The translations under genes were made by a program, and so were the position numbers. DNA of 34,444 nucleotides. It comes from Candidatus Thorarchaeota archaeon (GTDB lineage Archaea > Asgardarchaeota > Thorarchaeia > Thorarchaeales > Thorarchaeaceae). The notes under the pieces are model-generated. The model worked only from the letters and a program-made list of their open reading frames with translations. It ran no database searches and was not told the DNA's origin. Positions 1 to 8,515 of the stretch are shown piece by piece (within the stretch, counting starts at the first letter, position 1; each line of letters opens with the position of its first letter). Location: contig JBHLRP010000024.1 in assembly GCA_048882485.1 (NCBI GenBank), positions 13,929 through 48,372 on the forward strand, given 5' to 3'.

Positions 1-69
1 ACTGTTAACGCTACTATGAAGCGGATTCGGATTGATGAGTCTACAGTCAGATGAGGCACTTCTCATCAT

Positions 70-321
70 TCAAAATGCCCGAATCTGACCCGATTCGATA
101 ACGTCTATGGGAACCCCTTCAATCTCCCTTGGGATGAGCTCATGTGCTTTTAGATCTTCAATTGGTTTCTTCCGTACTACATAGCAGATAATGCAAAGCT
201 CGTCAGTCTTCTCTCCATCAACGTATCTGTAGCCGATCGCTAAGGCCACTACGCCAGACTTCTCCATCAGCTCTGCTTCATATGCTGCCTTGACCCGCTT
301 CACTTCTTCCATTGTTACCAT
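70..321 (-). CDS. Stand-alone paralog of the N-terminal domain of the adjacent NAL1-like protease (83 aa)
   Basis: Aligns without gaps to residues 1-83 of ORF 331..1356 (32/83 identical by hand count; AYEA, VV...IGY, DLK, IPREIE, DV.E.G..RA). Starts 9 nt after the protease stop, with a GAGGT RBS overlapping that stop. Confidence 0.85.
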   Translation of the reverse strand: MVTMEEVKRVKAAYEAELMEKSGVVALAIGYRYVDGEKTDELCIICYVVRKKPIEDLKAHELIPREIEGVPIDVIESGQIRAF

Positions 322-330
322 TGAGCAACC

Positions 331-1356
331 TCACTCTGTGACCAATTCAGCATCCAGCTGATCCAGATAGGTCTGTATTGGATTTGCAATGGTGATGTTC
401 TGCACATCACTGCCTGCGAAGAGCTTTCCCACAGCAAACCAATCTTCATCGAGGATTAGACTTCCAGAATCACCACCTGTACTGAAGCCCTCTTTGCTTA
501 TGATTATCTGGTCACTGAAATACGCAAATTTCCCACCATAACCAACGGGACCTACCGTAGCATCTATACCGGTCACCACTCCGTCAACCGTATGGCATGA
601 TGTCCGCCCCGACTTCTGAACAGACATGTCTAGCTGGGCCTCCTTGACACCCTTTGGGACGCCAATGCCCACGATGTTTGGTGAAACATCGTTCTCAGCC
701 ACTTCAATCAGGGCTCCATCTACTTGATTGTATGCAGGTTGTGCGACAATTGGACTCAGCCTAGTCATTCTTCCGAACGCTCTCGCAGGAACATTATAGA
801 TTCCACTCCAGAATCTGGCGGCTGGGCAATCACTCTGGTCTGGGGTGAAGCTAATTGGAACGAATCTCAAGAGATGCCCTATTGTGTCGTCTTGCACTGT
901 GCCTCCATCATATGGAGCGGGCTGGAGATAGGGGTCTCCAATCTGTGCATCATTCGAGTTTGCTCCAACGTGGTTGTTGGTGCCTATGCAAATCTTCCCG
1001 GTACTCTTGTCCCTAAGTAGCTCCCCGTTCGTGCCAGCAGTCACCAAATAGTGTCCTCCTGACGTTCCCATTGGACAGGGTCTATGTCGGGCCTTCTTGT
1101 CTACCTGCAATGCCCTGAGTTTCCCGACCTCAAGCACATCAGTCATTTCATTTTCAATCTCACGGGGTATGATGTCCCGCGTCTTCAAGTCCTGCTCTTT
1201 GATTTTCTTCTCCACCAACAATACAATGCTCAACTTGCGTGTATTGTCACCTGCTGTGAATTTGTATCCAATCATCACTCCAACGACATTGGCTATCCTC
1301 AACAGTCGCGCTTCATACGCCTTCCTTATTTCGTGTATTCTCATCTTGCTCAACAA
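331..1356 (-). CDS. NAL1-like trypsin-fold (S1/PA clan) serine protease with N-terminal accessory domain
   Basis: Catalytic triad motifs TNNHV (His), VDGAL (Asp) and GGDSGS (Ser); family motifs TAGT.G, QP..DGG and VQKSGRTS. TTG start; no signal peptide evident. Confidence 0.85.
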   Translation of the reverse strand: MLSKMRIHEIRKAYEARLLRIANVVGVMIGYKFTAGDNTRKLSIVLLVEKKIKEQDLKTRDIIPREIENEMTDVLEVGKLRALQVDKKARHRPCPMGTSGGHYLVTAGTNGELLRDKSTGKICIGTNNHVGANSNDAQIGDPYLQPAPYDGGTVQDDTIGHLLRFVPISFTPDQSDCPAARFWSGIYNVPARAFGRMTRLSPIVAQPAYNQVDGALIEVAENDVSPNIVGIGVPKGVKEAQLDMSVQKSGRTSCHTVDGVVTGIDATVGPVGYGGKFAYFSDQIIISKEGFSTGGDSGSLILDEDWFAVGKLFAGSDVQNITIANPIQTYLDQLDAELVTE

Positions 1357-1667
1357 CCTATGCGGAATCTCATCTCACATTCCTAACAGTCATCAAGTCT
1401 GATGTTTAAGGTCCCATTGTGAGAATAGAGCAACTTCTACTTGAGTCTTTTCAAGAATGGCTCTGTGGAACAGACTCGCTCATGGATTATTGATCCAATC
1501 AAAATGATTTCTCAAGTGGTCTGAGATCTCATGAAAAGACAAGTGCCACGGCACAATGGCATTGCGACACTCTTCTTTTCAGAGGTCTAGACCTGTTCCT
1601 CAAGCTATTTCCCAATCGCTCGAGAAACATTATTTCCGATTGCTCGGAGTGGGAGATAGAAAATACT

Positions 1668-1973
1668 TCATGTATGGGACATGTGTTTCATTTCTTCAGA
1701 ACTTCTTTTTGCAGAAGAGGCTGCCCTTTCGCCCTTCGATTCCATCTCATATGTGATCCAGCTATCAATCGAAGACTCATGACCTCTTGATTTGAGCTGA
1801 GAGTGCACAAAATCCCGAATTGCCACGGTTTCCAAAATCTTGTCTGAACGATCGGACAACGAACGTGCGATACTCCGCGCATCTTCATAGGGAGCGCCGG
1901 ATTTCACAATGCTGACAACCACCTTCTCTGGCATGAATGCCTCAAGTGTGTCATCACGTTTTCTTACCTGCAT
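1668..1973 (-). CDS. Stand-alone ATP-cone domain protein (~101 aa)
   Basis: MQVRKRDDTLEAFMPEKVVVSIVKSG matches the ATP-cone consensus V.KRDG..E.F...KI..SI..AG. AAGGAG RBS precedes ATG 1973, so the start was moved from 2012. Confidence 0.8.
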   Translation of the reverse strand: MQVRKRDDTLEAFMPEKVVVSIVKSGAPYEDARSIARSLSDRSDKILETVAIRDFVHSQLKSRGHESSIDSWITYEMESKGERAASSAKRSSEEMKHMSHT

Positions 1974-2204
1974 TAGATACTCCTTCCTTACTGGAATGCA
2001 CTCGCATTCCATATAATATTCATTTGATTAGTTTAATAAAATCTATGGTGCGCGCAAAATGAGAGCCAGTTCGATAATCTCCCGGCCCCGCATAAGCTGT
2101 TGGCGCCGTCTTCAATCTCAACGTCGCAGAATAGTTTCGATTTGTGTCGATTTCATCATGATGCTTATTAGATAGCTATGTGGTCCGGGGATTGAGGGTA
2201 GAAT

Positions 2205-4163
2205 TTGAGAGGCAGGTTAATTCCAATCATCATGCTAATTGTATGCTTGTCACTTCCCACTGTACTCCCACCAAGTTCTCCAGTGAATAAACCAATAGAG
2301 GTAGAGGCTGCGCACACGATTGCAGAGGCTGATGTGGATCCGATGTTTCCTGATGTTGACCTGTATCAGGCGCCCCAGTATGGAATAGCTGGTGAATCTG
2401 GTGAGTTCTCATACTTCCATTCGGCATTCTATGATGATGACCAGGGTGTTTCCATGATGATGTGGAACCACACCGCTAACACTACCCTTACCTCGGATGA
2501 CGGCGTCTATTTCGAGAAGATGTTCGATTGGCCTCACGATGAGTATCCCCGGAGCATGCATCTTTCCTTTGAGTTTGCCTTTGAGTTCATTGGCGATTTT
2601 ATCTATTCATCAACCATGAGGAGATACGGAACCTTGAGGTTCTACCTCATAACTCCTGCAGGAGAAGCTCACATCATTGGATATTATTGGCCCCCCTCTG
2701 GATATTATTATCAAACGTATACGATTGATTGCCAGCCAAATATCGGCACGATTTGGTATGAGGTTCTGAATGACGATTCTCCCGACCGCAACACTACCTT
2801 TACTCTACGAGCAGGTCTGTTTCCTGGGACTGATTTCTTCCAGGGTACTGCTGGTTCTGAAGCTTGGAGAATATACTCCGGGTCAATGACGCTCTTCATG
2901 AAGAGTCTTGATTTGCTATTGACAAAAGGCACTCCTGAGGATTCAGAAGAAGTCGCGAGTCCTATATGGGAGGGGCATTGGGTTACTTCTCCTCAGAACA
3001 AGGAGGACTATCCACCGATTCTCACCCATGGCATCAGCGACTGGTCCAAAGGACTTGCGGTTCTTGATGATGGATCACTTGTATCGCTAATCCACTCACA
3101 TTATGATGATGAGGAGTACGGGTTTGAAGACATGGTGCTTCTTCACTGGGATACATTTGCAAACCTGTTATGGTACAGAAGAGTTGACAATTGTGAGCCA
3201 GAAGCTATCACGAGCGATGGGGAATATATCTATGTGACAGGGAGTAAGGATAACGCTGCATTCCTGTCGAAGTGGTCTGCAAATGGCGATGTCATCTGGG
3301 GAGAGATCTGGGATACAGACCTAGCGAACCGTGGTACATGCCTGGCTGTTGACACTGAGGGGTCTATCTATATTCACCTGAGAAAACGAAACGCGACTTC
3401 AGGGTATTACATTGACAATCATTTAGTCAAGGTGGATGCGAATGGCGATACGGTCTGGTACAAATTCCTGAATCAGACCTCGTATGCTGGCATTTATACT
3501 GGAAATAGCACATCATTCTTCACCTTTGAGAGTGTTAGTCGCACTCTCAAGGAGTGGGATGATCAGGGCAACCATCTGTCAACTATAGAGAAAGTGGACT
3601 TTGCCAGAGTCGATTTAGAGAGCCTCATAGTGCTTAGAAGACTAGGATTCAGCGACGTCAACTACCCAAACCAACATTGGACCAAAATCAACCTGAATCG
3701 GATAGAATTCGATGGAACTACAGTCTGGTCCAAGAACATCTCAATTGAGTATTTTCCGGACTACAAAGAGAATATCGTTATCAGAGAAGTGGAAATTGCT
3801 CCAGACGGATCCATACTTATCCTGCTTTTCCTTGACCGTTATGCAGAGGAGTACAGACTTTACCACTTCTTGGCTAATGGTACATTTGACTGGTACAGAG
3901 TTGTTGGATGGCAGCCACTCCGAGGTGTTTGGGACTCTTATCAGATGGAGGCTGGAAGCAATGGCCTTGTGTATCTCTATGCTTTAGAGTTTGAAACTTA
4001 TGGCAACTACTTGGGGGATTTGGTGACGAGAATCGAGGCGTACAACTATACCAATTATACACCTCCATTGATTCTGCCCCAGCATCAACCCTACATCCTT
4101 ATTGGAGCTGGAGTAATAGGATTACTAACGTTCGTGCTTGTCATCCGACGGAAACGAAATTGA
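2205..4163 (+). CDS. Secreted, C-terminally membrane-anchored protein with beta-propeller-like repeats
   Basis: N-terminal hydrophobic signal; repeats such as IYVTG...LSKWSANGDVIW and LAVDTEGSIYI...LVKVDANGDTVW; many N-x-S/T sequons; C-terminal TM followed by RRKRN. Confidence 0.7.
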   Translation: MRGRLIPIIMLIVCLSLPTVLPPSSPVNKPIEVEAAHTIAEADVDPMFPDVDLYQAPQYGIAGESGEFSYFHSAFYDDDQGVSMMMWNHTANTTLTSDDGVYFEKMFDWPHDEYPRSMHLSFEFAFEFIGDFIYSSTMRRYGTLRFYLITPAGEAHIIGYYWPPSGYYYQTYTIDCQPNIGTIWYEVLNDDSPDRNTTFTLRAGLFPGTDFFQGTAGSEAWRIYSGSMTLFMKSLDLLLTKGTPEDSEEVASPIWEGHWVTSPQNKEDYPPILTHGISDWSKGLAVLDDGSLVSLIHSHYDDEEYGFEDMVLLHWDTFANLLWYRRVDNCEPEAITSDGEYIYVTGSKDNAAFLSKWSANGDVIWGEIWDTDLANRGTCLAVDTEGSIYIHLRKRNATSGYYIDNHLVKVDANGDTVWYKFLNQTSYAGIYTGNSTSFFTFESVSRTLKEWDDQGNHLSTIEKVDFARVDLESLIVLRRLGFSDVNYPNQHWTKINLNRIEFDGTTVWSKNISIEYFPDYKENIVIREVEIAPDGSILILLFLDRYAEEYRLYHFLANGTFDWYRVVGWQPLRGVWDSYQMEAGSNGLVYLYALEFETYGNYLGDLVTRIEAYNYTNYTPPLILPQHQPYILIGAGVIGLLTFVLVIRRKRN

Positions 4164-4211
4164 TACAAAGGAGATTAGGTATAATCCTTGTAATAGGAGG
4201 AGAGTCATAGG

Positions 4212-4910
4212 ATGCAGGAAATCTCAGATGAGGAATTCAAGAGACGGTATTTCGAGATCATGGCGAAGCCACTCCCTGAAGACCCTGAACAGTTAGAGTT
4301 CCTGTATAATCGAATAGTGAATCTCATTGAGTTCACAGTTGATCGTGCAGAATACTATGAGAACATAAGGCAAGACAATGCCTCGACTTCCAACGCTCTT
4401 GTGGGTCTGGCAATCGCTGGGCTTGGACTCATCTACACCATCGTTACAGAAACCAATTGGATGTATCATATTGCTACCTATCTGTTCGTTCCTCCGCTGG
4501 TGGTCCTCCTCATTGGTGGAACCATCAGTGTGTTCAAACACCAATTGGACTCGCGGTTTGATTATCCCCATCAGAAGTACGACTGGATCGAGGAACGGTG
4601 GTACTTCAAGAAGAACATCCCCGCCTTTGAGAGGTTGCTTGAGGAGAATGAGTCTGATACTATAAAGACGCAGGATGCATTCCTCAGCGATCTTGAGCGG
4701 GAGTTTGACAGAAACTCAGATATCAGCATGGAAAAAGCGATTCCATTGGATAAGGCGAACCTGGTTATTCTCTACATTGTTACTGCATACAAGAAGAAGT
4801 TTGCAAAATTCATATCAAAGATTCATACTTGGAGCTTTATTCTGGCAGGATTGGTGATGGCTATCTTTGCAGTCTATTATTCTCTATTTGTGATTCCGCT
4901 TGTTCCTTGA
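4212..4910 (+). CDS. 3-TM membrane protein, possibly Pycsar-effector (PycTM)-like
   Basis: Strong GGAGGAG RBS. Layout: helix, two TMs, soluble loop containing WYFKKNI, a helix ending in AYKKK, then a third TM. CDS is solid; family assignment is tentative. Confidence 0.55.
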   Translation: MQEISDEEFKRRYFEIMAKPLPEDPEQLEFLYNRIVNLIEFTVDRAEYYENIRQDNASTSNALVGLAIAGLGLIYTIVTETNWMYHIATYLFVPPLVVLLIGGTISVFKHQLDSRFDYPHQKYDWIEERWYFKKNIPAFERLLEENESDTIKTQDAFLSDLEREFDRNSDISMEKAIPLDKANLVILYIVTAYKKKFAKFISKIHTWSFILAGLVMAIFAVYYSLFVIPLVP

Positions 4911-5021
4911 ACGCTAATTCAGTCCACATAAACCAGAATTTGGTAAGAAAATGAATTGATTCATATTCAACCGATTCCAGAATAACCTTTCATCCCAGTT
5001 TGAAGACCTTGAGGTATTATT

Positions 5022-5372
5022 ATGGAAGAGAAAGAGATTGACGACCTAATAGAGAAGCACATGAAAGCTGCAAATGCACTTGACCTGGATTCCTTTATGG
5101 AAACTTGGGCGGATGATGCTGAATTCATCTATTTGCTATCGAACAGGATAATCAAGGGAAAGGACAGTCTTCGACCATTTTTCCATGAAACAATGTTTGC
5201 TCCAGTGACCAAACTGAAGACCGAGATCACCCAACGTGTCCGATTCAAGCAGTTTCGGACATATGTTGAAAGGGTGGTGGAGTGTTCAAACCCTGATTTT
5301 GTGGGTCTAGAGTTTCACTGGACCTTGGAATTTGAAGATGGCAAGATAAAACGACTATGGGCACTTCAATAA
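5022..5372 (+). CDS. SnoaL-like / NTF2-family protein
   Basis: A.N..DLD.FM..WADDAEF...GKD.LR.FF...FEDGKI..W pattern; GAGGT RBS. Confidence 0.85.
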   Translation: MEEKEIDDLIEKHMKAANALDLDSFMETWADDAEFIYLLSNRIIKGKDSLRPFFHETMFAPVTKLKTEITQRVRFKQFRTYVERVVECSNPDFVGLEFHWTLEFEDGKIKRLWALQ

Positions 5373-5428
5373 TAAGCAATGCTATTTCCAGACCTTGGAA
5401 CATTAGAAAAGAAGCCGGGTGGAGTAAG

Positions 5429-6238
5429 ATGGCTGAAAAGCAAGAATCAGAGATTGTGTTTCTGGGAACTGCGGCCGCAATAACTCTTCCAGCATTCTTC
5501 TGTACATGCTCCACCTGTGAAGAAGCACGGAAGAACCCCAGCCTGCGGCGGACTCGTTCCTCCCTAGCGCTCCTTGGCGAAGAGACCACGATAATAGATG
5601 TAGGTCCGGACATTGAGCATCAACTTGAGAGAGAAGGAATCAGAAGAGTAGACAACATCTTAATCACACACTGGCACTACGACCACATCGCAGGTCTTGT
5701 AGGATTCTTCGAGCCAGTAAGCATATCCAAATGGGGTCGAATCAATCTCTACGGCACTGAGGATGTCACTGGTCGCTTTGAACGGGACTTCGCATGGAGG
5801 AAGGACTGGTTTGAGTTACATACAATCAGTCCAGGCGATAGAATTCAACTCAAGGATGCTATCTGGGAGGTTGTAAAGACCACGCACACTGAGCACAGCG
5901 TGGGTTACATCGTGGAAGGTGAAACAAAGTTTGCCTATCTTGTGGATGGTGTCGTCCCACCTCCTGAAACAATCAGTAGATTGGATGGCTTGGATCTCCT
6001 CATTTTGGAGGCAACGATGGACTCTTTGGATGTTGAGTGGCATAACTTCAGACTTGATGATGCCGTTCAGTTCTGGAAGGAAACAGGCATTCCAAAATGC
6101 ATCCTCACCCATCTCTCATGTCATAGCTGGAAGGACGGACAACTGTTGGCTGGTATGACTCCCTCAGAAAGAAAGGACTATGAGAGCAAGCAGGATGGCT
6201 TGGTTTTTGCTTATGATGGAATGCGCATTTCACTTTGA
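5429..6238 (+). CDS. MBL-fold metallo-hydrolase, PhnP/YycJ-like phosphodiesterase
   Basis: FLGT, CTCSTC (CxCxxC), RTRSS, IDVGPD, THWHYDHIAG, LTHLS. Start moved to ATG 5429 (GGAGT RBS). Confidence 0.88.
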   Translation: MAEKQESEIVFLGTAAAITLPAFFCTCSTCEEARKNPSLRRTRSSLALLGEETTIIDVGPDIEHQLEREGIRRVDNILITHWHYDHIAGLVGFFEPVSISKWGRINLYGTEDVTGRFERDFAWRKDWFELHTISPGDRIQLKDAIWEVVKTTHTEHSVGYIVEGETKFAYLVDGVVPPPETISRLDGLDLLILEATMDSLDVEWHNFRLDDAVQFWKETGIPKCILTHLSCHSWKDGQLLAGMTPSERKDYESKQDGLVFAYDGMRISL

Positions 6239-6271
6239 ATATTCCAGTTTGGCTGTGAGAGACCAAGCGAT

Positions 6272-6856
6272 TCACAACACAGCATCACAGTTCTTACATT
6301 GAGACCGAATGGCTGAGTTATTGAAGCCACAGTATGGACATTCGACTATTTCGCCAATTCTCTCGAAGGCTCTGGCTGAATTGGGGTCAAGACCCTTGAG
6401 GTCCATGACCTCATCAGAAACAGGATCATAGATGCGAATCGCGTACACAGATTGGCCATTACTTTGATGGTCAACTCTTGACTCAATGAACTGGCCCAAT
6501 GGCCTTCCAGCAAAGTGGTCCAGGGGAATAGCTCTCTTGATCCTGCTGCCCATCACCTCCACTATTCTATCAGTTGTGAGGTAGTATCTTGTCCTTCTAA
6601 CATTGATCAGGGTAACAAGCAGCGCTATACATCCGGCAAGGGTCAGGACACCAAACATTAGACTAATTGGCAAGCCAAAGGCATCTAATGACGCAAACGT
6701 AAGCACCGGACCCCCCATGACCAATAAAGCGCCGAAGAAAATGACCCAGAAGCCAGTCCCCGCCCTTCGACTCCATACAATGCTCTCTCCGGGCAGCATT
6801 CCTTCATGTGGAGGGTCAAACCTTACGCCTTCGATTGAATCCTGGCTCTCACTCAT
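6272..6856 (-). CDS. 2-TM membrane protein with bacterial PH-like domain and C-terminal zinc ribbon (paralog A)
   Basis: GESIVW, two TMs, TRYYLTTDRI (bPH-type motif), CPYC...CKNC. Start is either 6877 or 6856. Confidence 0.75.
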   Translation of the reverse strand: MSESQDSIEGVRFDPPHEGMLPGESIVWSRRAGTGFWVIFFGALLVMGGPVLTFASLDAFGLPISLMFGVLTLAGCIALLVTLINVRRTRYYLTTDRIVEVMGSRIKRAIPLDHFAGRPLGQFIESRVDHQSNGQSVYAIRIYDPVSDEVMDLKGLDPNSARAFERIGEIVECPYCGFNNSAIRSQCKNCDAVL

Positions 6857-6966
6857 TTGGTCACCCTGTTTAACCATAGTTCAGATGCTATATGATATTT
6901 CTTCGTCTTGGCAGTGCATCTTGCTCAGACAAAGAACCCTCAAATTGCTGGGTTTCCATGTATTCT

Positions 6967-7533
6967 ATGGGGAAGCATATGCGATTTGATCCTCCTAGAC
7001 AGGGACTGCATGCAGGCGAGAGTATAGTCTGGACAAGGAGAGAAGGTACAAGCGGCAAGGTCATTGTATCGGGGTTCCTTCTATTCATGTTCGGGCCAGT
7101 TTCTCTTGCTGGAGTGTACAACCTGTATGGAATGGATATGGTGGGACCTACGGGCTTTCTGCTATTCATCATCTTCATCGTTGTAGCTGTAGCATATGTC
7201 CGAGAGAGGAACACAAGGTACTATCTGACTACTGACAGAATTATAGAGGCGCGAGGAGGGAACCTTGTCAAGGAGATGTCCTTGGAGAACTTTTCAGGGC
7301 AGCCTCTGAGCCAGTTTCTTGAAGCCAAGGTCACACACCAGGTCAACAACCGACCAATCTATACGATAAGAGTCTATGACCCTGTCACTGATGATGTGTT
7401 TGAACTACAGGGATTGGACAGATCATCTACAAGAGCTTTCGAGAGGATTGGGCAGACTACTGAATGTCCGTTCTGCAATTACGACAACATAGGAATTACT
7501 CCACAATGCAAGAATTGCGGAGCGACGCTGTAG
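6967..7533 (+). CDS. 2-TM membrane protein with bacterial PH-like domain and C-terminal zinc ribbon (paralog B)
   Basis: Same motifs as paralog A (RFDPP, GESIVW, TRYYLTTDRI, RAFERIG, CPFC...CKNC). Start uncertain (6958, 6967 or 6979). Confidence 0.75.
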   Translation: MGKHMRFDPPRQGLHAGESIVWTRREGTSGKVIVSGFLLFMFGPVSLAGVYNLYGMDMVGPTGFLLFIIFIVVAVAYVRERNTRYYLTTDRIIEARGGNLVKEMSLENFSGQPLSQFLEAKVTHQVNNRPIYTIRVYDPVTDDVFELQGLDRSSTRAFERIGQTTECPFCNYDNIGITPQCKNCGATL

Positions 7534-7692
7534 ATGATCAGTGTGTAGAGCCTCTTTGAAAGAACGTAGTAGACTCTGGATTATCACCTCTATTCATACA
7601 GAGATGCGTATGGATTGCGCTATGAGCTAAGCATTTAGAGGCAGATGCCTTTGACAAGGCAACTTCGCTGGTGTGTAAAAAGGGGATGAACC

Positions 7693-8493
7693 ATGAAAAT
7701 CGACACTCACCTCCATCTAGATGAGCCCTGGCTAGTTGATAAGGAACTTCGACAGAGAACCATTGAAGACATCACTGAAAACAAGATAGTGACCTGGGCG
7801 CAGTCCTGCAGTGTTCCTTCCTACGAGAAGATATTGGAATACTCCAGCCAGTCTGAATACATCTTCCCTGCCTTCGGCATCCTACCCTGGTATGCCAATG
7901 AGTACATGGACAGGCTTGAGGATGTAGCCAAAATGTGTCAGGAGGCATTGATGCTAGGCGAGATCGGACTAGATATGGCGAGTACAAGAAACGAGTCAAC
8001 AAGAAAAGAACAGGATGTGCTCTTTGCAATCTTCCTGGAAGCTGCTGAGAAGCACAACATGATAATGAACTGCCATTTCAGAGGAGGAATCGAGAGGGAC
8101 GGACTAGAGGTCTTGAAGAGCTATAGAGTGAAGAAGGCGATATTCCACCACTATTCAGGACCACCTGAGATGATCGATGAGATCACTGAGAATGGCTTCT
8201 ACATCTCCTACGGCTCACCGAGATACAGGAACCTCTCGAATGATATGAGAGAGTACCTTGAACCAAGAGTTCCAAAGGTCCATGATGATCTGCTAATCAT
8301 AGAGATAGATGTCTTAGGCAGAGGAAAGGGCTACAGACCACCTTCTGAGATATTTCCAGCAATCCTAGAGCCAATAGCTAAGATGAGAAATTCAACGCCA
8401 GAAGAAATCGAGGCGCTCAATCATAAGAATGTGTTAAGACTCATTGGAAAAGATCCAAGACTGAAGGACATGGTCAGTCTTCTCAAGCACTAG
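7693..8493 (+). CDS. tatD: TatD-family metal-dependent hydrolase/DNase
   Basis: IDTHLH, GEIGLD, HFR, FHHYSG, IEID (ETD-equivalent). Confidence 0.85.
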   Translation: MKIDTHLHLDEPWLVDKELRQRTIEDITENKIVTWAQSCSVPSYEKILEYSSQSEYIFPAFGILPWYANEYMDRLEDVAKMCQEALMLGEIGLDMASTRNESTRKEQDVLFAIFLEAAEKHNMIMNCHFRGGIERDGLEVLKSYRVKKAIFHHYSGPPEMIDEITENGFYISYGSPRYRNLSNDMREYLEPRVPKVHDDLLIIEIDVLGRGKGYRPPSEIFPAILEPIAKMRNSTPEEIEALNHKNVLRLIGKDPRLKDMVSLLKH

Positions 8494-8515
8494 GAATCAT
8501 CAGAGGCAATTGTTG

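Noticed and set aside
1400-1667. Intergenic region with several short hairpins and a 66-aa plus-strand ORF
   Set aside because: Stems of 4-5 bp are expected by chance; the ORF overlaps the ATP-cone gene antisense and has no motifs.
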